A stretch of DNA of 64,000 nt from positions 1,504,001-1,568,000 of the forward strand of contig CAWETU010000001.1 in the NCBI GenBank assembly GCA_963812135.1, written 5' to 3'. Positions 62,807-64,000 of this stretch are shown here, one piece after another. Numbering within the stretch: the first letter of the stretch is position 1; every line of letters begins with the position of its first letter. Both the position numbers and the translations under genes were made by a program. The stretch comes from Vulcanimicrobiota bacterium (lineage in GTDB: Bacteria > Vulcanimicrobiota > Vulcanimicrobiia > Eremiobacterales > Eremiobacteraceae). A model generated the notes under the pieces. It searched no databases. It was not told the origin of the DNA and worked only from the letters and a program-made list of their open reading frames with translations.

Positions 62807-64000
<1,194 letters not shown>

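Overview
GC-rich bacterial chromosomal segment, mostly housekeeping genes: aroC/aroK/aroB, priA, rpsT, glmM, tRNA-Gln, citrate synthase/mdh, mla-type ABC genes, rph, glmS, gmk, rqcH, queA, ruvCAB, pknB-PBP and pyrR-pyrB-pyrC-carA-carB. Two accessory stretches lie at about 19-32 kb (GT-C membrane protein, Xer recombinase, pqqABCDE including a pqqA absent from the ORF track, paired HtrA-like proteases) and 41-48 kb (SARP/STAND regulator, unusual multicopper oxidase). Outer-membrane features (Mla, beta-barrel) together with PknB-PASTA and SigK/RskA suggest a diderm Terrabacteria lineage such as Eremiobacterota (inference only). At least six genes are split by a single extra base, most likely assembly errors. 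The most unusual signal is a set of GTAG/GGAG-tagged REP-like palindromes from two families that sit in frame inside coding sequences (TPR protein, carB, ruvA); two of them carry in-frame tandem duplications of the tag-proximal end. Other notable items are a PilZ-PilB/GspE fusion ATPase, a permuted four-domain multicopper oxidase, two candidate structured RNAs and a head-to-head gmk/rqcH pair only 7 bp apart. No CRISPR array, rRNA, transposase or prophage was seen.
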